This document shows, in pieces, positions 1 to 13,122 of a DNA stretch of 64,000 bases; the stretch's first letter is position 1; the number at the start of each line of letters is the position of its first letter. A program made the translations under genes and the position numbers. The notes under the pieces were generated by a model. The model searched no databases and was not told where the DNA came from. It worked only from the letters and a program-made list of their open reading frames with translations. Source of the stretch: Eledone cirrhosa. Its lineage: Eukaryota. The stretch covers positions 9,486,001 to 9,550,000 of the forward strand of contig OZ024740.1 in assembly GCA_964016885.1 (NCBI GenBank), given 5' to 3'.

Positions 1-3000
1 CGATTGGTATATCAGTTTCGATTGGTGTGTCAGTTTCGATTGGTATGTCAGTTTCTATTGGTATGTCAGCTTCTATTGGTATAGCAATTTCGATTGCTAT
101 GTTAGTTTCGATGGTTATATCAGTTTCGATTTTTATTTCAGTTTCGATTGGTATGTCAGTTTCTATGCGTATATCAGTTTCCATTGGTATGTCAGTTTTG
201 ATTGGTATGTCAGTTTCTATTGGTATATCAGTTTCGATTGGTATATCAGTTTCTATTGGTATATCAGTTTCGATTGGTATATCACATTCTATTGGTATGT
301 CAGTTTCTGTTGGTATGTCAGTTTCTATTGGTATGTCAGTTTCAATTGGTATATCAGTTTCGATTCGTATGTCAGTTTCGATCGTTATGTCAGTTTCTAT
401 TGGTATATCAGTTTTGATTGGTATATCAGTTTAGATTGGTATGTCAGTTTCGATTAGTATATCAGTTTCGATTAGTATGTAACTTTCTATTGGTATGTCA
501 GTTACGATTAGTATATCAGTTTCGATTGGTATATCAGTTTCGATTGGTGTGTCAGTTTCGATTGGTATGTCAGTTTCTATTGGTATATGAGTTTCGATTG
601 GTAGATCAGTTTCGATTGGTATATCAGTTTCGATTGGTATGTAGGTTTCGATTGGTATGTCAGTTTCTATTGGTGTGTTAGTTTCGATTAGTATATCAGT
701 TTCTATTGGTATATCAGTTTCAATTGGTATGTCAGTTTCTATTGGAATATCAGTTTCTATTGGTATGTCAGTTTCTATTGGTATGTCAGTTTCAATTGGT
801 ATATCAGTTTCGATTCGTATGTCAGTTTCGATTGTTATGTCATTTTCTTTTGGTATATCAGTATCGATTGGTATGTCAGTTTCGATTAGTATATCAATTT
901 CTATGTGTATGTCAGATTCAATTGGTATATCGGTTTCGATTGGTATGTCAGTTTCGATTGTTATGTCAGTTTTGATTGTATATCAGTTTCGAATGGTATG
1001 TCAGTTTTGATTGGTATATCTGTTTCGATTGGTATGTCAGTTTCGATTGGTATGTCAGTTTCGATTGGTATATCAGTTTCGATTAGTATGTCAGTTTCTA
1101 TTGGTATATCAGTTTCGATTGGTATGTCAGTTTCTATTGGTATATCAGTTTCGATTGGTATGTCAGTTTCGATTAGTATATCAGTTTCTATTGGTATATC
1201 AGTTTCGATTGACATATCAGTTTCGATTAGTATGTCAGTTTCTATTGGTATGTCAGTTTCTATTGGTATATCAGTTTCGATTAGTATGTCAGTTTCTATT
1301 GGTATATCGGTTTCCATTGGTATATCAGTTTCGATTGGTATGTCAGTTTCTATTGGTATGTCGGTTTCTATTGGTATATCAGTTTCTATTTCTATGTCAG
1401 TTTCTATTGGTATGTCAGTTTCTATTGGTATATCAGGTTCGATTGGTATGTCAGTTTCGATTAGTATATCAGTTTCTATTGGTATGTCAGCTTGTATTGG
1501 TATATCAATTTTGATTGGTATGTCAGTTTCCATGGGTATATCAGTTTCGATTTTTATATCAGTTTCGATTGGTATGTCAGTTTCGATTAGTATTTCAGTT
1601 TCAATGTGTATATCAGTTTCTATTGGTATGTCAGTTTTGATTGGTATGTCAGTTTCTATTGGTATATCAGTTTCGATTGGTATATCATTTTCTATTGATA
1701 TATCAGTTTCGATTAGTATATCAGTTTCTATTTGTATGTCAGTTCCTATTGGTATATAAATTTCGATTGGTATGTCAGTTTCTATGGGTATATCATTTTT
1801 GATTGGTATGTTAGTTTCTATTGGTATGTCAGTTTCGATTTGTATATCAGTTTCTATTGGTATGTCAGTTTCGATTGGTATGTTCGTCCTCGATTTGTAT
1901 GTCAGTTTCTATTGGTATATCAATTTCGATTGGTATGTCAGTTTCTATTGGTATATCGGTTTCCATTGGTATATCAGTTTCGATTGGTATGTCAGTTTCT
2001 ATTGGTATGTCAGTTTCTATTGATATATCAGCTTCGATTTGTATGTCAGTTTCGATTGGTATGTCAGTTTCTATTGGTATATCAGTTTCGATTGGTATGT
2101 GAGTTTCTATTGGTATGTCAGTTTCGATTGGTATGTCAGTTTCGATTGGTATGTTAGTTTCTATTGGTATGTCAGTTTCGATTGGTATGTCAGTTTCGAT
2201 TGGTATGTCAGTTTCTATTGGTATACCAGTTTCGATTGATATGTGAGTTTCTATTGGTATGTCAGTTTCTAATGATATATCAGCTTCGATTTGTATGTCA
2301 GTTTCGATTGGTATGTCAGTTTCTATTGGTATATCAGTTTCGATTGGTTATCAGTTTCGATTGGTATGTAGGTTTCGATTGGTATGTCAGTTTCGATTGG
2401 TATATCAGTTTCGATTGTTATGTCAGTTTCTATTCGTGTGTTAGTTTCTATTGGTATATCAGTTTCGATTAGTATATCAGTTTCTATTGGTATGTCAGCT
2501 TCTATTGGTATAGCAATTTCGATTGGTATGTTAGTTTCGATGGTTATATCAGTTTCGGTTTTTATTTCAGTTTCGATTGGTATGTCAGTTTCTATGCGTA
2601 TATCAGTTTCTATTGGTATGTCAGTTTTGATTGGTATGTCAGTTTCTATTGGTATATCAGTTTCAATTGGTATATCAGTTCTTATTTGTATATCAGTTTC
2701 GATTGGTATGTCAGTTTCGATTAGTATATCAGTTTCGATTAGTATGTAACTTTCTATTGGTATGTCAGTTACGATTAGTATATCAGTTTCGATTGGTGTG
2801 TCAGTTTCGATTGGTATGTCAGTTTCTATTGGTATATGAGTTTCGATTGGTATATCAGTTTCGATTGGTTATCAGTTTCGATTGGTATGTAGGTTTCGAT
2901 TGGTATGTCATTTTCTATTGGTATGTTAGTTTCGATTGGTATATAAGTTTCTATTGGTATATCAGTTTCAAGTGGTATGTCAGTTTCTATTGGAATATCA

Positions 3001-6000
3001 GTTTCTATTGGTATGTCAGTTTCTATTGGTATGCCAGTTTCAATTGGTATATCAGTTTCGATTCGTATGTCAGTTTCGATTGTTATGTCATTTTCTTTTG
3101 GTATATCAGTATCGATTGGTATGTCAGTTTCGATTAGTATATCAATTTCTATGTGTATGTCAGTTTGTATTGGTATATCAGTTTCGATTGGTATATCAGT
3201 TTCGACTGGTATGTCAATTTTGATTGGTATGTCAGTTTCAATTGGTATATCGGTTTCGATTGGTATGTCAGTTTCGATTGTTATGTCAGTTTTGATTGTA
3301 TATCAGTTTCGAATGTTATGTCAGTTTTGATTGGTATATCTGTTTCGATTGGTATGTCAGTTTCGATTGGTATGTCAGTTTCGATTGGTATATCAGTTTC
3401 GATTAGTATGTCAGTTTCTATTGGTATATCAGTTTCGATTGGTATGTCAGTTTCTATTGGTATGTCAGTTTCGATTAGTATATCAGTTTCTATTGGTATG
3501 TCAGTTTCTATTGGTATATCGGTTTCCATTGGTATATCAGTTTCGATTGGTATGTCAGTTTCTATTGGTATATCAGTTTTGATTGGTATGTTAGTTTCTA
3601 TAGGTATGTCAGTTTCGATTTGTATATCAGTTTCGATTCGTATGTTAGTCCTCGATTTGTATGTCAGTTTGTATTGGTATAGCAATTTCGATTGGTATGT
3701 CAGTTTCTATTGGTATGTTGGTTTCTATTGGTATATCAGTTTCTATTTCTATGTCAGTTTCTATTGGTATGTCAGTTTTATTGGTATGGCAATTTCGATT
3801 GGAATGTCACTTTCGATTGGTATATCAGTTTCGAATGCTATATCTGTTTCGATTGCTATGTCAGTTTCTATTGGTATATCAGTTTCGATTGTTATGTCAG
3901 TTTTGATTGTATATCAGTTTCGAATGGTATGTCAGTTTTGATTGGTATATCTGTTTCGATTGGTATGTCAGTTTCGCTTGGTATGTCAGTTTCGATTGGT
4001 ATATCAGTTTCGATTAGTATGTCAGTTTCTATTGGTATATCAGTTTCGATTGGTATGTCAGTTTCTATTGGTATATCAGTTTCGATTGGTATGTCAGTTT
4101 CGATTAGTATATCAGTTTCTATTGGTATATCAGTTTCGATTGACATATCAGTTTCGATTAGTATGTCAGTTTCTATTGGTATGTCAGTTTCGATTAGTAT
4201 ATGAGGTTTCTATTGGTATGTCAGTTTCGATTGGTATGTCACTTTCTATTGGTATGTCAGTTTCGATTAGTATATCAGTGTCTATTGGTATGTCAGTTTC
4301 TATTGGTATGTCAGTTTCAATTGGTATATCAGTTTCGATTCGTATGTCAGTTTCGATTGTTATGTCAGTTTCTATTGGTATATCAGTTTCGATTAGTATG
4401 TCAGTTTCTATTGGTATATCGGTTTCCATTGGTATATCAGTTTCGATTGGTATGTCAGTTTCTATTGGTATATCAGTTTTGATTGGTATGTTAGTTTCTA
4501 TAGGTATGTCAGTTTCGATTTGTATATCAGTTTCGATTCGTATGTTAGTCCTCGATTTGTATGTCAGTTTCTATTGGTATATCAATTTCGATTGGTATGT
4601 CAGTTTCTATTGGTATGTCGGTTTCTATTGGTATATCAGTTTCTATTTCTGCGTCAGTTTCTATTGGTATGTCAGTTTCTATTGGTATATCAGGTTCGAT
4701 TGGTATGTCAGTTTCGATTAGTATATCAGTTTCTATTGGTATGTCAGCTTCTATTGGTATATCAATTTTGATTGGTATGTCAGTTTCGATGGGTATATCA
4801 GTTTCGATTTTTATGTCAGTTTCGATTGGTATGTCAGTTTCGATTAGTATTTCAGTTTCAATGTGTATATCAGTTTCTATTGGTATGTCAGTTTTGATTG
4901 GTATGTCAGTTTCCATTGGTATATCAATTTCGATTGGTATATCAGTTTCTATTGATATATCAGTTTCGATTAGTATATCAGTTTTTTATTGTATGTCAGT
5001 TCCTATTGGTATATCAATTTCGATTGGTATGTCAGTTTCTATGGGTATATCATTTTTGATTGGTATGTTAGTTTCTATTGGTATGTCAGTTTCGATTTGT
5101 ATATCAGTTTCTGTTGGTATGTCAGTTTCGATTGGTATGTTAGTCCTCGATTTGTATGTCAGTTTCGATTGGCATGTCAGTTTCTATTGGTATATCAGTT
5201 TCGATTGGTATGTGAGTTTCTATTGGTATGTCAGTTTCGATTGGTATGTCAGTTTCGATTGGTATGTCAGTTTCTATTGGTATACCAGTTTCGATTGGTA
5301 TGTGAGTTTCTATTGGTATGTCAGTTTCCATTGGTATATCAGTTTCGATTGGTATATCAGTTTCGATTGGTATGTCAGTTTCGATTGGTATGTCAATTTC
5401 GATTGGTATATCAGTTTCGATTGTTATGTCACTTTCTAATGGTACATAAGTTTCGAATGGTATGTTAGTTTCTATTGGTATGTCGGTTTCGATTGTATAT
5501 CAGTTTCTATTGGTATGTCAGTTTCGATTTGTATGTTAGTCCTCGATTTGTATATCAGTTTCGATTGGTATGTCAGTTTCGATTCGTATGTCAGTTTCTA
5601 TTGGTATATCAGTTTCGATTGGTATATCAGTTTCGATTAGTAAATCAGTTTCTATTGGTATGTCAGCTTCTATTGGTATAGCAATTTCGATTGGTATGTT
5701 AGTTTCGATGGTTATATCACTTTCGGTTTTTATTTCAGTTTCTATTGGTATGTCAGTTTCTATGCGTATATCAGTTTCTATTGGTATGTCAGTTTTGATT
5801 GGTATGTCAGTTTCTATTGGTATATCAGATTCTATTGGTATGTCAGTTTCTATTGGTATGTCAGTTTCAATTGATATATCAGTTTCGATTCGTATGTCAG
5901 TTTCGATCAATATGTCAGTTTCGATTGGTATGTCAGTTTCGATTAGTATATCAGTTCGATTAGTATGTAACTTTCTATTGGTATGTCAGTTACGATTAGT

Positions 6001-9000
6001 ATATCAGTTTCGATTGGTATATCAGTTTCGATTGGTGTGTCAGTTTCGATTGGTATGTCAGTTTCTATTGGTATATGAGTTTCGATTGGTATATCAGTTT
6101 CGATTGTTATATCAGTTTCGATTGGTATGTAGGTTTCGATTGGTATGTCAGTTTCTATTGGTATGTTAGTTTCGATTAGTATATCAGTTTCTATTTGTAT
6201 ATCAGTTTCAATTGGTATGTCAGTTTCTATTGGAATATCAGTTTCTATTGTTATGTCAGTTTCTATTGGTATGTCAGTTTCAATTGGTATATCAGTTTCG
6301 ATTCGTATGTCAGTTTCGATTGTTATGTCATTTTCTTTTGGTATATCAGTATCGATTGGTATGTCAGTTTCGATTAGTATATCAATTTCTATGTTTATGT
6401 CAGTTTGTATTGGTATATCAGTTTCGATTGGTATATCAGTTTCGACTGGTATGTAAATTTTGATTGGTATGTCAGTTTCAATTGGTATATCGGTTTCGAT
6501 TGGTATGTCAGTTTCGATTGTTATGTCAGTTTTGATTGTATATCAGTTTCGAATGGTATGTCAGTTTTGATTGGTATATCTGTTTCGATTGGTATGTCAG
6601 TTTCGATTGGTATGTCAGTTTCGATTGGTATATCAGTTTCGATTAGTATGTCAGTTTCTATTGGTATATCAGTTTCGATTGGTATGTCAGTTTCTATTGG
6701 TATGTCAGTTTCGATTAGTATATCAGTTTCTATTGGTATGTCAGTTTCTATTGGTATGTCAGTTTCAATTGGTATATCAGTTTCGATTCGTATGTCAGTT
6801 TCGATTGTTATGTCAGTTTCTATTGGTATATCAGTTTCGATTAGTATGTCAGTTTCTATTGGTATATCGGTTTCCATTGGTATATCAGTTTCGATTGGTA
6901 TGTCAGTTTCTATTGGTATATCAGTTTTGATTGGTATGTTAGTTTCTATAGGTATGTCAGTTTCGATTTGTATATCAGTTTCGATTCGTATGTTAGTCCT
7001 CGATTTGTATGTCAGTTTCTATTGGTATAGCAATTTCGATTGGTATGTCAGTTTCTATTGGTATGTTGGTTTCTATTGGTATATCAGTTTCTATTTCTAT
7101 GTCAGTTTCGATTGGTATATCAGTTTAAAATGCTATATCTGTTTCGATTGCTATGTCAGTTTCTATTGGTATATCAGTTTCCGTTGGTATATCCATGTCG
7201 ATTGGTATATCAGTTTCGATTTGTATGTCAGTTTTATTGGTATGTTAATTTCGATTGGTATTTCAGTTTCGGTTGGAATGTCAGTTTCGATTGGTATGTC
7301 AGTTTCTATTGGTATATCAGTTTCGATTGGTATATCAGTTTCTATTGGTATGTCAGTTTTCATTGGTATGTAAATTTCGATTGGTATGTCAATTTCGATT
7401 GGTATATCAGTTTCGAATGGTATGTCTGTTTCGATTGGTGTGTCAGTTTCGATTGGTATATCAGTTTCCATTGGTATATCAGTTTCGATTGCTATGTCAG
7501 TTTTTATTGGTATATCAGTTTCTATTGGTATCTCAATTTCTATTGGTATATCAGTTTTGATTGTTATATCAGTTACGATTTGTATGTCAGTTTCGATTGG
7601 TATATCAGTTTCGATTGGTATGTCACTCTCAATTGGTATGTCAATTTCGATTGGTTTATCAGATTCGATTAGTATGTCAATTTCTATCGGTATATCAGTT
7701 TCCATTTGTATATCAGTTTCAAATGGTATGTCAGTCTCGATTAGTATGTCCGTTTCGATTGGCATATCAGTTTCGATTCCTGTGTCAGTTTCTATTGGTA
7801 TATCAGTTTCCATTGGTATATCAGTTTCGATTTGTATATCAGTTTCACTATGTATGTCAGTTTCTATTGGTATGTCAGTTTCAATTCGTATATCAGTTTC
7901 GATTGGTAAGTCAGTTTTATTGGTATGTCACTTTCGATTGGTATATCAGTTTCGAATGGTATGTCAGTTTCGATTGGTGTGTCAGTTTCGATTGGTATAT
8001 CAGTTTCTATTGGTATGTCAGTTTCGATTGGTATGTCAATTTCGATTGGTATGTCACTTTCGATTGGTATATCAGTTTCGAATGGTATGTCAGTTTTGAT
8101 TGGTATGTCAGTTTCCATTGGTATATCAATTTCCATTGGTATATCAGTTTTGATTGGAATGTCAGTTTCTATTGGTATATCAGTTTCTATTGGTATGTCA
8201 GTTTCTATTGGTACATCAGTTTTGATTGGTATATCAGTTTCGATTGGTATGTATGTTGCGATTGTTATATCAGTTTCGATTAGTATGTCAGTTTCTATTG
8301 GTATATCAGTTTCGATTGGTATATCAGTTTCGATTGGTATGTCAGTTTCAAATGGTATATCAATTTCGATTGGTATATCAGTTTCGGTTGGAATGTCAGT
8401 TTCGATTGGTATGTCAGTTTCTATTGGTATATCAGTTTCGATTGGTATATCAGTTTCTATTGGTATGTCAGTTTTGATTGCTATGCAAATTTCGATTGGT
8501 ATGTCATTTTCGATTGGTGTGTCAGTTTCGATTGGTATATCAATTCCATTGATATATCAGTTTCGATTGCTATGTCAGTGTCTATTGGTATATCAGTTTC
8601 TATTGGTATGTCAATTTCTATTGGTATATCAGTTTTGATTGGTATATCAGTTTCGATTCGTATGTCAGTTTCGATTGGTATATCAGTTTCTATTGGTATG
8701 TCAGTTTCTATTGGTATGTTAGTTTCGATTAGTATATCAGTTTCTATTGGTATATCAGTTTCGATTGGTATATCAGTTTCGATTGGTTTATCAGTTTCGA
8801 TTGGTATGTCAATTTCTATCGGTATATCAGTTTCCATTTATATATCAGTTTCGATTGGTATGTCAGTTTCGATTGGTATATCAGTTTCGAATGGTATGTC
8901 AGTTTCGATTGGTATGTCTGTTTTGATTGGTATATCAGTTTCAAATGGTATGTCAGTCTCGATTAGTATGTCCGTTTCGATTGGCATATCAGTTTCGATT

Positions 9001-12000
9001 CGTATGTCAGTTTCTATTGGTATATCAGTTTCCATTGGTATATCAGCTTCGATTTGTATATCAGTTTCGATTTGTATGTCAGTTTCTATTGGTATGTCAG
9101 TTTCAATTCGTATATCAGTTTCGATTGGTATGTCAGTTTTATTGGTATGTCAATTTCGATTGGTAATTCAGTTTCGGCTGGAATGTCAGTTCCGATTGGT
9201 ATATCAGTTTCTGTTGGTATGTCAGTTTTGATTGGTATGTCAATTTCGATTGGTATGTCACTTTCGATTGGTATATCAGTTTCGAATGGTATGTCAGTTT
9301 CGATTGGTATGTCAGTTTCCATTGGTATATCAATTTCCATTGGTATATCAGTTTCGAGTGCTATGTCAGTTTCTATTGGTATATCAATTTCTATTGGTAT
9401 GTCAGTTTCTATTGGTATATCAGTTTTGATTGGTATATCAGTTTCGATTGGTATGTCAGTTGCGATTGTTATATCAGTTTCGATTATTATGTCTGTTTCG
9501 ATTGGTATATCAGTTTCTATTGGTATGTCAGCTTCTATTGGTATATCAATTTTGATTGGTATGTCAGTTTCGATGGGTATATCATTTTCAATTTTTATGT
9601 CAGTTTCGATTGTTATGTCAGTTTCGATTAGTATGTCACTTTCAATGTGTATATCAGTTTCTATTGGTATGTCAGTTTTGATTGGTATGTCAGTTTCTAT
9701 TGGTATATCAGTTTCGATTGGTATATCAGTTTCTATTGATATATCAGTTTCGATTAGTATATCAGTTTCTATTTGTATGTCAGTTCCTATTGGTATATCA
9801 ATTTCGATTGGTATGTCAGTTTCGATTGGTATATCAGTTTGTATTGGTATGTCAGTTTCTATTGGTATGTCAGTTTCTATTGGTATATCAGTTACTATTG
9901 GTATGTCAGTTTCGATTGGTATGTCAGTTTCGATTGGTATGTCAGTTTCTATTGGTATATTAGTTTCGATTGGTATGTCAGTTTCGATTAGTATATCAGT
10001 TTCTATTGGTATGTCAGTTTATATTGGTACATCAGTTTCTATTGGTATGACAGTTTTGATTGGTATGTAAATTTCGATTGGTATGTCACTTTCGATTGGT
10101 ATATCAGTTTCGAATGGTATGTCTGTTTCGATTGGTGTGTCAGTTTCTATTGGTATCTCAATTTCTATTGGTATATCAGTTTTGATTGTTATATCAGTTA
10201 CGATTTGTATGTCAGTTTCGATTGGTATATCAGTTTCGATTGGTTTATCAGTTTCGATTGTTATGTCAGTTTTGATTGTATATCAGTTTTGAATGGTATG
10301 TCAGTTTTGATTGGTATATCTGTTTCAATTGGTATGTCAGTTTCGATTGGTATGTCAGTTTCGATTGTTATATCAGTTTCGATTAGTATGTCAGTTTCTA
10401 TTGGTATATCGGTTTCCATTGGTATATCAGTTTCGATTGGTATGTCAGTTTCTATTGGTATATCAGTTTCGATTGGTATGTCAGTTTCGATTAGTATATC
10501 AGTTTCTATTGGCATATCAGTTTCGATTGGTATATCAGTTCCTATTGGTATGTCAGTTTCGATTGGTATGTCAGTTTCAATTGGTATATCAGGTTCGAAT
10601 GGTATGTCAGTTTCGATTGGTATGTCAGTTTGGATTGGTATATCAGTTTGGATTAGTATGTCAATTTCTATTGGTATATCGGTTTCCATTGGTATATCAG
10701 TTTTGATTGGTATATCAGTTTCGATTCGTATGTCAGTTTCGACTGGTATATCAGTTTCGATTGGTTTATCAGTTTCGATTGGTATGTCAGTCTCAATTGG
10801 TATGTCAATTTCGATTGGTTTATCAGATTCGATTAGTATGTCAATTTCTATCGGTATATCAGTTTCCATTTATATATCAGTTTCGATTGGTATGTCAGTT
10901 TCGATTGGTATATCAGTTTCGAATGGTATGTCAGTTTCGATTGGTATGTCTGTTTTGATTGGTATAACAGTTTCAAATGGTATGTCAGTCTCGATTAGTA
11001 TGTCCGTTTCGATTGGCATATCAGTTTCGATTGGTATGTCAGTTTCGATTGGTATATCAGTTTCTATCGGTATGTCAGTTTCGATTGGTAATTCAATTTC
11101 CGTTGGTATCACACTTTCGACTGGTATATCAGTTTCTATTGGTATGTCAGTTTTGATTGGTATGTAAATTTCGATTGGTATGTCACTTTCGATTGGTATA
11201 TCAGTTTCGAATGGTATGTCAGTTTCGATTGGTGTGTCAGTTTCGATTGGTATATCAGTTTCTATTGGTATGTCAGTTTCGATTGGTATGTCAATTTCGA
11301 TTGGTATGTCACTTTCGATTGGTATATCAGTTTCGAATGGTATGTCAGTTTTGATTGGTATGTCAGTTTCCATTGGTATATCAATTTCCATTGGTATATC
11401 AGTTTTGATTGCAATGTCAGTTTCTATTGGTATATCAGTTTCTATTGGTATGTCAGTTCCTATTGGTACATCAGTTTTGATTGGTATATCAGTTTCGATT
11501 GGTATGTATGTTGCGATTGTTATATCAGTTTCGATTAGTATGTCAGTTTCTATTGGTATATCAGTTTCGATTGGTATATCAGTTTCCATTGGTATATCAG
11601 TTTCGATTTGTATATCAGTTTCGATTTGTATGTCAGTTTCTATTGGTATGTCAGTTTCAATTCGTATATCAGTTTCGATTGGTATGTCAGTTTTATTGGT
11701 ATGTCAATTTCGATTGGTATATCAGTTTCGCCTGGAATGTCAGTTCCGATTGGTATATCAGTTTCTGTTGGTATGTCAGTTTTGATTGGTATGTCAATTT
11801 CGATTGGTATGTCACTTTCGATTGGTATATCAGTTTCGAATGGTATGTCAGTTTCGATTGGTATGTCAGTTTCCATTGGTATATAAATTTCCATTGGTAT
11901 ATCAGTTTCTATTGGTATGTCAGCTTCTATTGGTATATCAATTTTGATTGGTATGTCAGTTTCGATGGGTATATCATTTTCAATTTTTATGTCAGTTTCG

Positions 12001-12343
12001 ATTGTTATGTCAGTTTCGATTAGTATGTCACTTTCAATGTGTATATCAGTTTCTATTGGTATGTCAGTTTTGATTGGTATGTCAGTTTCTATTGGTATGT
12101 CAGTTTCTATTGATATATCAGTTTCGATTAGTATATCAGTTTCTATTTGTATGTCAGTTCCTATTGGTATATCAATTTCGATTGGTATGTCAGTTTCGAT
12201 TGGTATATCAGTTTGTATTGGTATGTCAGTTTCTATTGGTATGTCAGTTTCTATTGGTATATCAGTTTCGATTGTTATGTCAGTTTCGATTGGTATATCA
12301 GTTTCTATTGATATATATGTTTCGATTAGTATATCAGTTTCTA
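1..12343. repeat. 18-bp tandem satellite, block 1
   Basis: Head-to-tail TCAGTTTC[G/T]ATTGGTAT[G/A] monomers from base 1 to ...ATCAGTTTCTA at 12343, with occasional 17/19-bp variants. Confidence 0.98.
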
Positions 12344-12603
12344 AACATTCATAACCTTCCAGCTTATCCTCCAATTCCCTAATTCTATCGTATTCTCAAA
12401 CAAAAAAAAAAAACAAAAAACAACAAAATCCTTTCCATTCTACTTCTTATAATTTACTTTAAATATATATATCATGCTACCTCGAAAGTCAAAAATCCCG
12501 CTCATACACCCCTCACCCACCATTTTCTTCACGAGGGGTTGCGGTCAGCCACTCTCTCTCTCTCTCTCTCCCCCTTCCCACTCTCTCTCTCTCTCTCTTA
12601 GCT

Positions 12604-12634
<31 letters not shown>

Positions 12635-12910
12635 AGATAAATTCCCGTTCATGTTTATTCACTTTCGCCAAACAATTGCTGCTTCAACTACCCCTACTAC
12701 GGTGTAACCATGTAATCGTAACGTTCACGTTTTTCCTATCTCCTCCACACACCACAATTTCGTACAAACATCCAATCCCGCAAAATCCGAAATCTGTATT
12801 TTTTGTTATTTATTAAGGTTTAAATACGGTGTTTTTGTCGTATTGAACAGAACAAATCTTGCAGTTTTGCTTTTTGTTACTCGCTGGTAAACATTCATAA
12901 CCTTCCAGCT
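12342..12910 (+). repeat. 23-bp direct repeat at the 5' terminus and 546 bp downstream
   Basis: TAAACATTCATAACCTTCCAGCT at 12342-12364 and 12888-12910. Confidence 0.9.
12398..12633 (+). repeat. Microsatellite cluster in the RTE 5' region
   Basis: A-rich run ~12398-12428, (CT)n ~12552-12570 and ~12582-12598, (AC)n ~12604-12623, (AT)n ~12624-12633. Confidence 0.9.
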
Positions 12911-12956
12911 AGCTACCCCACATCCCTCCCACCCGCCCCCACACACCACCATTCTT

Positions 12957-13087
12957 AATACGTGGACCAATCATAAGCCAGAGACCCCCCCCCCCACACG
13001 CATCACCATTATTACTATAAGCCAGAGACCCCCCCCCCCACACGCATCACCATTATTATTATTACGCGGACCAATCATAAGCCAGAG
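12957..13087 (+). repeat. 44-bp tandem repeat (2 units plus degenerate flanks) in the 5' UTR
   Basis: ATAAGCCAGAGA-C11-ACACGCATCACCATTATTA[C/T]T at 12973-13016 and 13017-13060. GGACCAATCATAAGCCAGAG recurs at ~12964 and ~13068. Confidence 0.88.
12964..13076 (+). promoter_or_regulatory. Two CCAAT-box-like motifs (GGACCAATCA), possible internal promoter
   Basis: CCAAT at 12967-12971 and 13071-13075 in an NF-Y-like context just upstream of the ORF. Function is inferred only. Confidence 0.3.
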
Positions 13088-13122
13088 GCCTATACTATCG
13101 CTTGCACGGTTGCCTTCGATAT

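Noticed and set aside
1-12343. CENP-B box or telomeric repeat in the monomer
   Set aside because: TTCG is present but the downstream A..CGGG is not, and there is no TTAGGG-type unit.
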